Shown piece by piece: positions 37,571 through 48,971 of a stretch of 51,810 nt of DNA. Where the stretch lies: positions 1 through 51,810 of the forward strand of contig NIVC01003011.1 in NCBI GenBank assembly GCA_002269645.1. Direction: 5' to 3'. The notes under the pieces are model-generated. The model was not told the DNA's origin, did no database searches, and saw nothing but the letters and a program-made list of their open reading frames with translations. The stretch comes from Macrostomum lignano (lineage: Eukaryota). Positions within the stretch are counted from its first letter, which is position 1. Every line of letters starts with the position of its first letter. The position numbers and the translations under genes were made by a program.

Positions 37571-40500
37571 ATGTCCCAGTCGCGTTCTCGTTCGCTGTCG
37601 CGGTCTCCGCGTTCGCCGCGCCTGCTTGAACGCCAGGAACTTCAACGTCGCGGCAGCTTCAGCCGCAGTCGTAGCCGCAGTCCACTAGGCGCTGGCGCTG
37701 CAGTCTTGTCAGCTCCAACGCGATCCAGGCGTCTGCAGTCCAAAAAGGTTGCCATGTTGAATTTGCCCTACAGCATTGAGGTGCTACGATTGAAGAGTAT
37801 TGTTAGAGAGCGATTGGGCTTCACCGGCTACCTCACTCTGTTAGAAGAACAGGGCAGATTCTCCGGCATCGGCTACATGGACTTTAGAACATATGAAGGC
37901 GCTGAGGAAGCCATTCAACGATTGAACGGCATGGACATTGATGGGCGTAGGATCAAGGTAGACTGCTTGTGTTTATCAGCAACATGCTGTGGGGACTAGT
38001 GTTCTTTGTAGCCCAGTTTGACTGTCTATAGTGCCAATCTGACTGTCTATAGTGCCAATCTGACTGTCTATAGTGCCAATCTGACTGTCTATAGTGCCAA
38101 TCTGACTGTCTATAGTGCCAATCTGACTGTCTATAGTGCCAATCTGACTGTCTATAGTGCCAATCTGACTGTCTATAGTGACAATTTGACTGTCTATAGT
38201 GACAAGCTGACTGTCTATAGTGCCAATCTGACTGTCTATAGTGCCAATCTGACTGTCTATAGTGACAATCTGACTGTCTATAGTGACAATCTGACTGTCT
38301 ATAGTGCCAATCTGACTGTCTATAGTGCCAATCTGACTGTCTATAGTGCCAATCTGACTGTCTATAGTGACAATCTGACTGTCTATAGTGCCAATCTGAC
38401 TGTCTATAGTGCCAATCTGACTGTCTATAGTGACAAGCTGACTGTCTATAGTGACAATCTGACTGTCTATAGTGACAATTTGACTGTCTATAGTGACAAG
38501 CTGACTGTCTATAGTGCCAATCTGACTGTCTATAGTGCCAATCTGACTGTCTATAGTGACAATCTGACTGTCTATAGTGCCAATCTAACTGTCTATAGTG
38601 CCAATCTGACTGTCTATAGTGACAATCTGACTGTCTATAGTGACAATCTGACTGTCTATAGTGACAAGCTGACTGTCTATAGTGACAATCTGACTGTCTA
38701 TAGTGCCAATCTGACTGTCTATAGTGCCAATCTGACTGTCTATAGTGCCAATCTGACTGTCTATAGTGCCAATCTGACTGTCTATAGTGCCAATCTGACT
38801 GTCTATAGTGACAATTTGACTGTCTAGTGACAATCTGACTGTCTATAGTGACAATCTGACTGTCTATAGTGACAATCTGACTGTCTACAGTGACAACTTT
38901 CTATTTTCTATTAGTAATAATGTATCTATACTACTAACTGAACAGGTACGCGAAGAGGTGCCTAGCGATCGGGGACGACTAGAAAGAATGGAACGCGAAT
39001 CCGCCGCAGGTATCGGACGGGGAGGCGGAGGCGGAGGTGGCGGCAGGGGCAGGGACGGTGGATCCGGCTACAATCGAAGAAGCCCAGAAAGAGCCGACAG
39101 AGGATCTGGTGGCGGCAGCGGCGGCAGTGCTCAAGCTCTGCTCAATCAGCTGGGCATTCGAGGACCAATTAGTAATAGCGTGTTTGTCAGCAATTTGGAT
39201 TCGAGGTAAATTTATTAATTAATATTGTTAGCTTGATTCTGTAATATACTGTTACTGCCATTTTGATCTATTGTTTCCTTCCATTCACTGAGAGTCACTC
39301 TTGATCCGCCCCTATCCTGAAAGTCACTCCTAAACCGCCCTTTTCCCTGGGAGTCACTCCTGATCCACCATCCTCACTGAGAATCACTCCTGATCCGCCA
39401 TCTTGACTGAGAGTCACTCCTGATCCGCCATCTTCACTGAGAATCACTCCTGATCTGCCATCTTACTGAGAGTCACTCCTGATCCGCCATCCTCACTGAG
39501 AGTCACCCCTGATCCGCCATCTTGACTGAGAGTCACTCCTGATCTGCCATCCTCACTGAGAGTCACTCCTGATCCGCCATCTTCACTGAGAGTCACTCCT
39601 GATCCGCCATCTTCAATAAGATAAGAATCACTCCTGATTCGCCATCTTCACTGAGAGTCACTCCTGATCCGCCCTTTTCCCTGAAAGTCACTCCTAAACC
39701 GCCCTTTTCCCTGGGAGTCACCCCTGATCCGCCCCTCTGAGAGTTACTTCTGATCCGCATCCTCACTGAGAGTCACTCCTGATCCGCCATCCTCACTGAG
39801 AGTCACTCCTGATCCGCCATCCTCACTGAGAGTCACTCCTGATCCGCCATCCTCACTGAGAGTCACTCCTGATCCGCCATCCTCACTGAGAGTCACTCCT
39901 GATCCGCCATCCTCACTGAGAGTCACTCCTGATCCGCCATCCTCACTGAGAGTCACTCCTGATCCGCCATCCTCACTGAGAGTCACTCCTGATCCGCCAT
40001 CCTCACTGAGAGTCACTCCTGATCCGCAATCTTCACTGAGAGTCACTCCTGATCTGCCATCTTCACTGAGAGTCACTCCTGATCCGCCATCTTCAATAAG
40101 ATAAGAATCACTCCTGATTCGCCATCCTCACTGAGAGTCACTCCTGATCTGCCATCCTCACTGAGAGTCACTTCTGATCCGCCATCCTCACTGAGAATCA
40201 CCCCTGATCCGCATCCTCACTGAGAATCACTCCTGATCCACCCCCTCATGCGAGAATCGCTGCTATATCTTTAGCTTGATCCTAAGGTAAGTGGGATCTT
40301 GATTCCTTTAGCTTATTTTTTAAAGTAAACCGCACTAATTCAAACCTGCAGCGTGAACTGGCAGAAGCTCAAGGACGTGTTCCGCTTAGCCGGGCGGGTA
40401 GTGAAGGCTGACATCATCGGCGATCCTCGCAGCTCATCGGGCAAGGTGGCCGGCCTCGTTCAATTCGAGACCCCATTAGAAGCCGCTCAAGCGATCAGCA

Positions 40501-42002
40501 TGCTAAACAATCAGATGCTTTACAATAGGCCCATGCGAGTTAGAATGGACCTGCCGGAGGGTGAACGGCCCGATGGTAAGCACCGTGGAGGCAGCAGCGG
40601 CCTGCCTGAAGGTCTTGGCGGCGTTGGAGCGGCACTGGATCAGGCCACGGCTCGGGAGCTGCAGGGCATGCTTGGCGGAGGTACGTAACTTCATTTTTCA
40701 TGTGCGATTTTAACTGTAGATATCAGATTTGTCAGGCTCAAGCTAGGGGGTCAGGAGTGGTTCTCAAGCTAAGGGTCAGGAGTGATTCTCAAGCTAAGGG
40801 TCAGGAGTGATTCTCAAGCTAAGGGTCAGGATTGATTCTCAGTCGGTTAGGAGTGATTCTCAAGCTAAGGGTCAGGAGTGATTCTCAAGCTAAGGGTCAG
40901 GAGTGATTCTCAAGCTAAGGATCAGGAGTGATTCTCAAGCTAAGGGTCAGGATTGATTCTCAAGCTAAGGGTCAGGAGTGATTCTCAAGCTAAGGGTCAG
41001 GATTGATTCTCAGTCGGTTAGGAGTGATTCTCAAGCTAAGGGTCAGGATTGATTCTCAGTCGGTTAGGAGTGATTCTCAAGCTAAGGGTTAGGAGTGATT
41101 CTCAAGCTAAGGGTCAGGATTGATTCTCAGTCGGTTAGGAGTGATTCTCAAGCTAAGGGTCAGGAGTGATTCTCAAGCTAAGGGTCAGGAGTGATTCTCA
41201 AGCTAAGGGTCAGGATTGATTCTCAAGCTAAGGGTCAGGAGTGATTCTCAAGCTAAGGGTCAGGAGTGAATCTCAAGCTAAGGGTCAGGAGTGATTCTCA
41301 AGCTAAGGGTCAGGAGTGATTCTCAAGCTAAGGGTCAGGAGTGATTCTCAAGCTAAGGGTCAGGATTGATTCTCAGTCGGTTAGGAGTGATTCTCAAGCT
41401 AAGGGTCAGGAGTGATTCTCAAACTGAGGGTCGGGAGTGATTCTCAAACTAAGGGTCAGAAGTGATTCTCAGGCGGTCGGGAGTGAATCTCAAGCTAAGG
41501 GTCAGGAGTGAATCTCAAGCTAAGGGTCAGGAGTGATTACCAGGTGCCGGATATAATGGTAGTCTTTTAGTGCAATGATGCTTTAAGTTCATAACAATAC
41601 CTAATATAGTATCGCAGTGAGTCATATAGTTTTGTGAAATCTGGATGGCATTAAATCGTTAATCAATCGATGCACTCGCTGTGCCGTCTGGTGACATCAG
41701 CAGATGGTCGTCATCGCAGAGGCGGAGGAGGCGGCGTAGGAGGAGGCGGCGGAGGCGGAGGCGGAAGCACGGACACAGTGTTTGTTAGCAATCTGCCTTA
41801 TAGCTACGATTGGAGCAGTCTTAAAAAGGCGTTCCGCGGCGTTGGCGGAGTTCGATTTGCCGATGTTGACATTGGGCCGGACAAGCGCAGTCTGGGCACC
41901 GGCCACGTGCAGTTCAGCAGCTCGTCGGATGCTCGCAGAGCCGTGTCGATGATGGACGGCGTTAAAATTGAAGGCCGATCTATTCGTGTAGCGCTGCGAT
42001 GA
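37571..42002 (+). CDS. MYEF2: MYEF2/hnRNP M-like three-RRM RNA-binding protein with an N-terminal RS domain, ~425 aa, 4 exons
   Basis: Exons 37571-37957, 38946-39205, 40352-40680 and 41701-42002, GT-AG and phase-consistent (0,2,1). The RRM2 region VFVSNL..VNWQKLKDVFRLAG..EAAQAISMLNNQMLYNRPMRVRMD..LPEGLGGVG matches MYEF2/hnRNP M. Confidence 0.9.
38018..38895. repeat. 21-bp minisatellite (TGACTGTCTATAGTGCCAATC), ~41 copies; MYEF2 intron 1
   Basis: Direct inspection. Confidence 0.97.
39290..40250 (+). repeat. 30-bp minisatellite (GAGAGTCACTCCTGATCCGCCATCCTCACT), ~31 copies; MYEF2 intron 2
   Basis: Direct inspection; homogeneous core at 39760-40020. Confidence 0.96.
40745..41540 (+). repeat. 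25-bp minisatellite (TCAGGAGTGATTCTCAAGCTAAGGG), ~32 copies; MYEF2 intron 3
   Basis: Direct inspection; the 15-nt core is the reverse complement of the intron 2 core. Confidence 0.96.
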
Positions 42003-44614
42003 TTGGATCGTTCGGTCGCGGTCTGAGTGGAAGGGTGGGGGCGATTTCGACTGTGGAGTATAACAATGATTCGGTTTTATTTTAAAAATGTTTTTGTTTC
42101 TCTGTCATTTATTATAACATGTTTTTGCATTCTAGTTGGTCTGTGTTGTGTTCAGTATGGATGGCAACTAAATTAATTGCAAGGTTGTCAAAAGACCTAA
42201 GCATGAAATCTAAAACTCGGCGTTTTGTTGGCACTTAATTATATTCGCTGGTGTAATTGGCCTTCCGTACAGTATAGGGCTATAATAATTTACAGTACAT
42301 CCTCTCTGCGAGACCTAGCGCAAGTCTAGCCCGTTCGGTTTTTTACGTTATATATATTAGTACTAGTGTATAAAACCCTATTAATAGTGTCGCTATGAAA
42401 CGGAACTTTTTATGTTTGGTTTTTATTCAATCCCCCTTGCACTGTCATGCATTAATAAGTTTTGTTAGTACTCTTACGTGCCCATTGTAGTTGACGTTTC
42501 TCCCATTTTTTATGTCATCTCTTTGTGTGTCATTTCTCTCTACGTCACTCTGCTGTATTGGTTTCTACGAAAGTGATCGGTCAGTCGCTCGATCGGTGTG
42601 ACGCGCCGTTGATATTTGGGTCTTGTATGCTGTTATCCGATGGTGTCGTATGGAGGTTTTTGCGCTTCGATAATGTTGGCTACGCCTTGGGCTCAGTTCG
42701 TTCGTTAAAACTGGTTTCGTATTATAACAAAAAAAACGTGAGCGTTCGGACTGCACTGCAAAACGCTATTACAACTTTTCTTTAATACATGGCGTGGCTG
42801 ATGCGTTTAACGTCCGTAAAATAAGCCGTTTAATGTGCTCGCTGTGTAAAAAAACCAGATGTTGATGATTTTGAACTCGTTGATCCATTGCTATTAGAAG
42901 AGAGGAAGAACTAACGCAACGTACTTTAGATTGTCGTATAACTGCAGCAGCAAATATGGAGGCTATGGCTGGTCTGTCATCATGTCCCGTGGAGAGGATG
43001 ATAACTGAGCCTAATGCAGACTTAAGGCGACTCAAGCAAGTTCAACAGCAGGCACAAAAAGCAGCCCAATAATAGTTTGCAGCTGTCGACACGATGCTTG
43101 TACAGGTTGGTTGGTAGTACAAATGACAAGATTCGAAGCTGGTTATGAAGCTGTAAAAGGATAAACTACCTGATGAGATGAGATGAGTCTCCAGGTGCGA
43201 AAGATTTAAATGGTATGGCGGCCGTATAGTGAAAAGTACCTCATGCAACATTGCAACTGGGGTCTTCGATGGTCTGCAAAACTGCGTTGATAAGAGTGTC
43301 CTTGGCTGTTTGTTTGCAAATTTAATAATCGAGAGAGCGCGTACGCATGAAGGTCTGGACACCTAAAAAGCTCAACAACTTCACCACCTACGTCTACATA
43401 TTGTATTCTTTTATTTGTAAGAGGTCGTTCTTTACGATTGGGGAGTTTACTGCGTTGGTAAATTTAGATGAGTTTGGCGAGCTTCCAGAGGCTGGTCATT
43501 GGTTTTCTAAGAATTGTAGACGAATTCGGTCTAAAAGACTTACAGTCAATTCATTGATCGTTTGTTTTATTTATTGATCAACAGCAGACTTCGAATTTCA
43601 GTGTTTCCATCTGTGTCGACAAGTTGGCTCGTTTGGCAGTAAGGCGACTCGCGGTTCGGCTTTGGTTGGGTCTGCTGTCTGGTGTGGCTGTCAACTCTTG
43701 TAGCACCAGCCTGGTGTTCTGTCGGTTTTCGGTCGAGCACGAGTATTCCTCGAAGGTTGTCGGATTATGATGCGTTTTCTTAAAATTCTACTTATTTCGA
43801 TGCTTCGTAAGTAGCATCATGCGGCTGCAGAATCTGCATTTATATTGCTCAAAAAATGGATCAATTTGGTGGCTAATAGCTTGTTACAAATTTTATCTAG
43901 ATGTGTTTAACTTCAGTAACTAATTTATCGCGTTTTTAAAAGATTTAATTTTAATGTCAAATCTTTCGTGTTAATCTTTCAACAGTTTATCGCATTCTTT
44001 CTTGTTCGAATTTCTGCATTTTTAAATAGTGACCGCTTTTTATAAAAAATGCTAGTTTTTATTAGTATCTAATTTATGAGTACATTGGCGTTAATTAATT
44101 TTTAATATTTAAATATTACTCGGCTATTCTTTTTATAGCTGTTAATTAAATTTTACCTGTGGAAATGGAAACCCGATTCCTGAACATTTTACATGGTTAT
44201 TAACTAAGTCTTCTAATGGACTCATTTAGAGGTTATATCTATTCGTAAAGGCGGCCACACTTCACAACTCAAGGCTCATGGGAGAGTTGCTGAGTTGCTG
44301 TGGCTCATGGGTTTGCTCAGATACTTTGAGTTAAAGGCTCATATGGTATCTGATATCTTAGGCCAGATAGCGCAGCAAATGCGTACACGATCAAAAGCTA
44401 CATGTAGTTTATTTGTTTTTTAGCACAAAAATACCAGATTAAATTTATTCAAAAAAATGTGCCGGTTAAAAATGACCAAAATTAAGTTGTGTTTGTGTCT
44501 GCTTGTTCTTGATCTGGGATTAAAAGTTTGGAAACTTTCCGGACACGCTTCAATCGTACTCAGATGTTCAATGTCCAATTGTCCATGTTGAGCGTAACTA
44601 AAGCTATAAGCCAT

Positions 44615-45103
44615 GAGGGCCCGCGGGCACATGCGGCTCTCTCATATCCCCTCTCCCTTTCTCTCTCCTCTCCTCTTCCCTCTCCTCATCTCTCCCTCCT
44701 CTCTCCTATCCTCTCATCTTGATCCCTTCTCCCCTCCCCTCTCACTCTCATCATCTCTCCTCTCCTCTCCACTCTCCCCTCCTTCCCTCTCCCCTCATCT
44801 CCTCTCTCCTCTTCTCTACCTTCTCCTCTCTCCCCTAATCTCCATTCTCGTCTCTCCCCTCCTCTCCCTTCTCTCTCCTATCCTCTCATCTCGATCCCTT
44901 CTCCCCTCTCCTCTCTCCCCTTCTCTCTCCCCTCCTCTCCCCTCTCTCCTCTCTCTCCCTTATCCTCGTCCTCTCCTCTCTCTCCCTTCCTCCCCTCTCC
45001 TCCTCTCCTGTCTCCGCTTTCATTCCCCCCTCCTCTCTCTTCTTTCTCTTGCCCGCAGTCATGCGCTATATTCTATATTTGGCCCTATGATCGCCGACCC
45101 CTG
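44615..45103 (-). mobile_element. hAT-type MITE family B, inverted, with a ~400-bp CT-rich tract
   Basis: Ends GCCGACCCCTG. The reverse complement shows GCATGACTGCGGG directly before the tract, as in the other copies. The other TIR is not evident. Confidence 0.8.
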
Positions 45104-45106
45104 TTA

Positions 45107-45511
45107 CGTTCTTTTTTCGTTCTAATTCGATAAAACTGCATTCGATTTCGGCAAACTGTCTTTCATTTTCGGCATCAGCTACGGCCGCACATCCAAACTG
45201 CATTCGAATTCGACAAACCGCGAGAACCGATTTCGGCAACTCGAGTTTCTATTTAGACAAACTGATATACAAACTCGGCAAACTGTATTAAAACTGCATT
45301 GGCGCTGTCGAAATTGAGCGCAGTTTGCCGAAATTGAAAATCAGTTTTTGGGTTTAGATGCGCTTTTATTTCCGTAGACAGTCTGTGGCACGAGGCGCTT
45401 GCTGCAGAAATTGAATGCAGTTTTGGATGTGCGGCCGTAGCTGATGCCGAAAATGAAAGACAGTTTGCCGAAATTCAATGCAGTTTTATCGAAATAGAAC
45501 GCAAAAAGGTG
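45107..45511. mobile_element. MITE with ~95-bp imperfect TIRs flanked by TA (Tc1/mariner-type)
   Basis: TTCGATAAAACTGCATT...CAGCTACGGCCGCACATCCAAA is inverted at 45415-45500. TA at 45105-45106 and 45512-45513. Confidence 0.8.
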
Positions 45512-46184
45512 TATAAGTTATAAGCTAAAGTGTAAATTTGAAAATTGTAACCATTCTAAGAGTGTAAAAGTTAAAAAGGTAGGCAGGTAGTTGGCATATT
45601 CGGTACAACTGCCGTTCGATTCTCCGGAAATCAAGAGCAACGATGTAGCCATTGTTTGCTAAAAATGAGAAGTCGTGTCAGCCTAGTACAAGAGAAGAAA
45701 TCGAAATTACACTGAGACTAGCAGATAGCTAGCTATTGTATTAACGGATTGGTTTATTCTCGCTTTCTCATTTACCCTTCAAGTCTCATTTCCTATCTGA
45801 GAGGATTCTCTTTCAACCGCGCATGACAGCTCTTGCGGATGTGTTCTAAAGCCAATGGCTATTGTGTGCGGTCTGGTGCATGCATGCATGCATGTGCCTC
45901 CCCTGTATGTTTTTTTCTATTTTAGCTGCACATGTAATTCAATCGTTTCTAGCTATACTCCTGTAGCTCTTTTAGGCTTTTTTCTCACGAAGTCTGAATT
46001 CATGCAGTCTTCATGATCTGATGGGCTTGTATGCAACGAAAGTCACGTTTTGTGGGAGTAGCTATATATATACATGTAGTAGAGAGCTTGCTAAGACACG
46101 CAGCTTTTGTCTACCAACCAAAAAGTTTTGTTTATGCTTTAAGCCGTAGCTGCAGTATACTCATACACTGTATAGCCATTACAA

Positions 46185-46615
46185 CTCCGAAAACTCGTAC
46201 GAAGTCCTTCAGAGACTCGTAAGAAACCCTTTGACGACTCGTACGAAGCCATCCGAAGACTCGTAAGAAACCATTTAAAGACTCGTAAGAAGCCCTCCAA
46301 AAACTTACGAAGCCCCGAGGACTCGTTAGAAACCTTCCAAAGACTCGTAAAGGAAACCCTCTGAAGACTCGACGAAACCCTCCAAAGACTCGTACGAAAC
46401 CCTCCAAAGACTCGACGAAACCCTCCAAAGACTCGTAAGAAACCCTTTGACGACTCGTAAGAAGCCCTCCGAAGACTCATACGAAGCCCTCCGAAGACTC
46501 GTAAGAAACCATTTAAAGACTCGTAAGAAGCCCTCTGAAGACTCGTACGAAGCCCTCCGAAGACTCGTAAGAAACCATCTGAAGACTCGTACAAAGCCCT
46601 CCAGGATTCTTACGA
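46185..46615. repeat. ~22-bp degenerate minisatellite (GACTCGTAAGAAACCCTCCGAA)
   Basis: Direct inspection; followed at 46630-46662 by a sequence like the family B right terminus. Confidence 0.9.
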
Positions 46616-47724
46616 ATCGGCTTTCCGAAAAAGCTTCGCGGGCCGGAGTTTACCGAGCCTTGGTGTAGGCGCTCTCTAGTAGTGTACATGTACTTACATA
46701 TTAACAGCGATCGTTCAAATTCCGCTTAACTTATCCCATGCTCGACTAACCGACAAGCTATAAACTATTGCTGTCAAAAATGGCCAAGAATCTGATTGTG
46801 AGGTCCGAAGTCTCCCAAAAAAGGATACTAAAGTGGCCAGGTGCGTGTACAAGCCAACACAAAGTTTATTTTTCAAAAAAATAATCTGTGAATATAAATA
46901 TTTTATCGCCTCAAGAAAACAGTATTATAATTAACGACGTGTCATTAAAAACCATAGAATTTTGAAACATAGATGGAGCAAAGATGGGGTTGATTACATT
47001 AACTAGCGAGAGCTCCAGCTAATAGCTATCTCTCTCATACACCCGGACCCGGGTGTGAAGGTAAAAAAGCTGTTATAGCTGTATTTCGGCTGCCTCAGCT
47101 GCTTCTGTGCACAGTTTGCTTCACACCTCTTCTTTTGCAACGAGGCTTATGGGATCGCGATTTTAGAAGAAAATTAAAGTAGAAAAGACCATCGAAAAAA
47201 ACGGTAATTGTCTTCCTTTGAACAAACTAAAGCTAGGGGGTCTTTGGGTTATGAAAATAGGTCATGTGATTATTAATTGAATTTTTCTGTCTAACAGTCA
47301 AATTGCTTTTGGAAAGCGGATGCAGAGTAGCGGAGTGATTTCCGGTATTGGCTGCAGACAGAATCAGAGCTGCAGGCGGGGTCTCAGACCGCGGTAAGTG
47401 CATTAGCTAGCTGGCCGCATTGCCGTATCCGCAGCTGATAGAATGCCTTTTAGCCATCTGCCATCTGCTCTCCTAAAATCTGTTGTGTGGTTGATTTCGT
47501 GTAGCTATGGGCCAAGGTCGATTCACTGACTATGTGCAATAATGCAGTTTGACTCTACTCATTTTTAGATCATAAAGGCATTACATAGGGATGGAGGCAA
47601 ACCCCTAAGTCACCAGAGTGCACACAGCTCGAACCTTGACTGACGATTCGAAAACCAGGGCCGCTGTGCATCCTGTGTGAGCGTGTGCACTGTATGAGTG
47701 CGTGCCTGCGAACACGATTGACGC

Positions 47725-48220
47725 AAGAGTCAGTCAGAGTCAAATCCAGAGTCAGCTAAGAGTCAATCAATACTCAGTCAGAGTCAATCGAGAGTCAGCT
47801 AAAGAGTCAATCAAGAGTCAGTCAGAGTCAAATCCAGAGTCAGCTAAGAGTCAATCAATACTCAGTCAGAGTTAATCGAGAGTCAGCTACGAGCGCGTAA
47901 GAGTCAATCAATACTCAGTCAGAGTCAATCGAGAGTCAGCTAAGAGTCAATCAATACTCAGTCAGAGTCAAATCCAGAGTCAGCTAAGAGTCAATCAATA
48001 CTCAGTCAGAGTTAATCGAGAGTCAGCTACGAGCGCGTAAGAGTCAATCAATACTCAGTCAGAGTCAATCGAGAGTCAGCTAAGAGTCAATCAATACTCA
48101 GTCAGAGTCAATCGAGAGTCAGTCAGGGTCAATCGAGAGTCAGTCAGAGTCAATCGAGAGTCAGTCAGAGTCAATCGAGAGCCAGTCAGAGTCAGTCGAG
48201 AGTCAGTCATTCAGAGTCAA
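47725..48220. repeat. GAGTCA-based tandem array with a ~43-bp higher-order unit
   Basis: AAGAGTCAATCAATACTCAGTCAGAGTCAATCGAGAGTCAGCT repeats, directly after a family F copy. Confidence 0.9.
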
Positions 48221-48750
48221 GCGATAGTATGAGAGCTCGTTCTCTGCCGCTATAATCTGAACAAACGGAAAGGGATAGGTGGGGTGAATCGAACAATAGC
48301 AGGGCCAGGAAGTAGGGAGATTTTTTGCATAGCTGCATGGACCTCATGCAAACGTATATGCATGTATTTGCCTAGCCTGAGGGGCCGCAAGCAAGCTGTG
48401 GAAGATGTCTCCGCGGACCTCCGTTCTCATTGGCCAGCCGATTTTGGTCCGATGCTAACCCAGATCTGCTAGATGACGGAGACTGGGGGTTGGGGGAGGA
48501 GAGGATGTGGTAGGATCTGCCAAGGGGAACAGTGGGATGCTGCATCTTATGTAGTAAAAGGAGGCGATGAAAAGAGATATCCCTTCCTATGTCCAAGTGT
48601 GCGCGCCACTCAGCTCTGTTCCAGAGAGTCAGTCAGACAGACAGATAGAAGAAAGAGGAGAGCTGTTGTGCAGTTTTCACTCCCACGCAAATTTTCAAAC
48701 TTCAAACCAGCGGCTCCAGTCGAAGTCCGATCGGCCTCAACTGAATATGA

Positions 48751-48962
48751 ATGCATCAGTCTAGCGGTGACGTCATCGAGGAGGCCTGGTCGCCCGCGGC
48801 GTCTGGCTGCGGCGTTGCCATGGAAACAGACGACGCCAGCCCTGAGATTGAAGTTCGAGCCGAGGAGGAAATACCATATCCAGGATTTTATCCCATTGTG
48901 CTGCGCTACCTGCATCAGCGGCACCCAGTGCGCGCCTGGTGCCTACGCGTCATCACTTGGCC
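48751..48962 (+). CDS. Cav3: First coding exon of a T-type voltage-gated calcium channel alpha-1 subunit
   Basis: EEEIPYPGFYPIVLRYLHQRHPVRAWCLRVITWP matches the Cav3 N-terminal pattern ([31 protein letters not shown]). Start is ATG 48751 or 48820. The rest of the gene was not found in the window. Confidence 0.85.
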
Positions 48963-48971
48963 ATATCCTTT
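48963..48971 (+). other. U12-type (AT-AC) 5' splice site ATATCCTTT
   Basis: Perfect minor-intron donor consensus exactly where Cav3 similarity stops (phase 2, inside the Pro codon). Confidence 0.85.
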
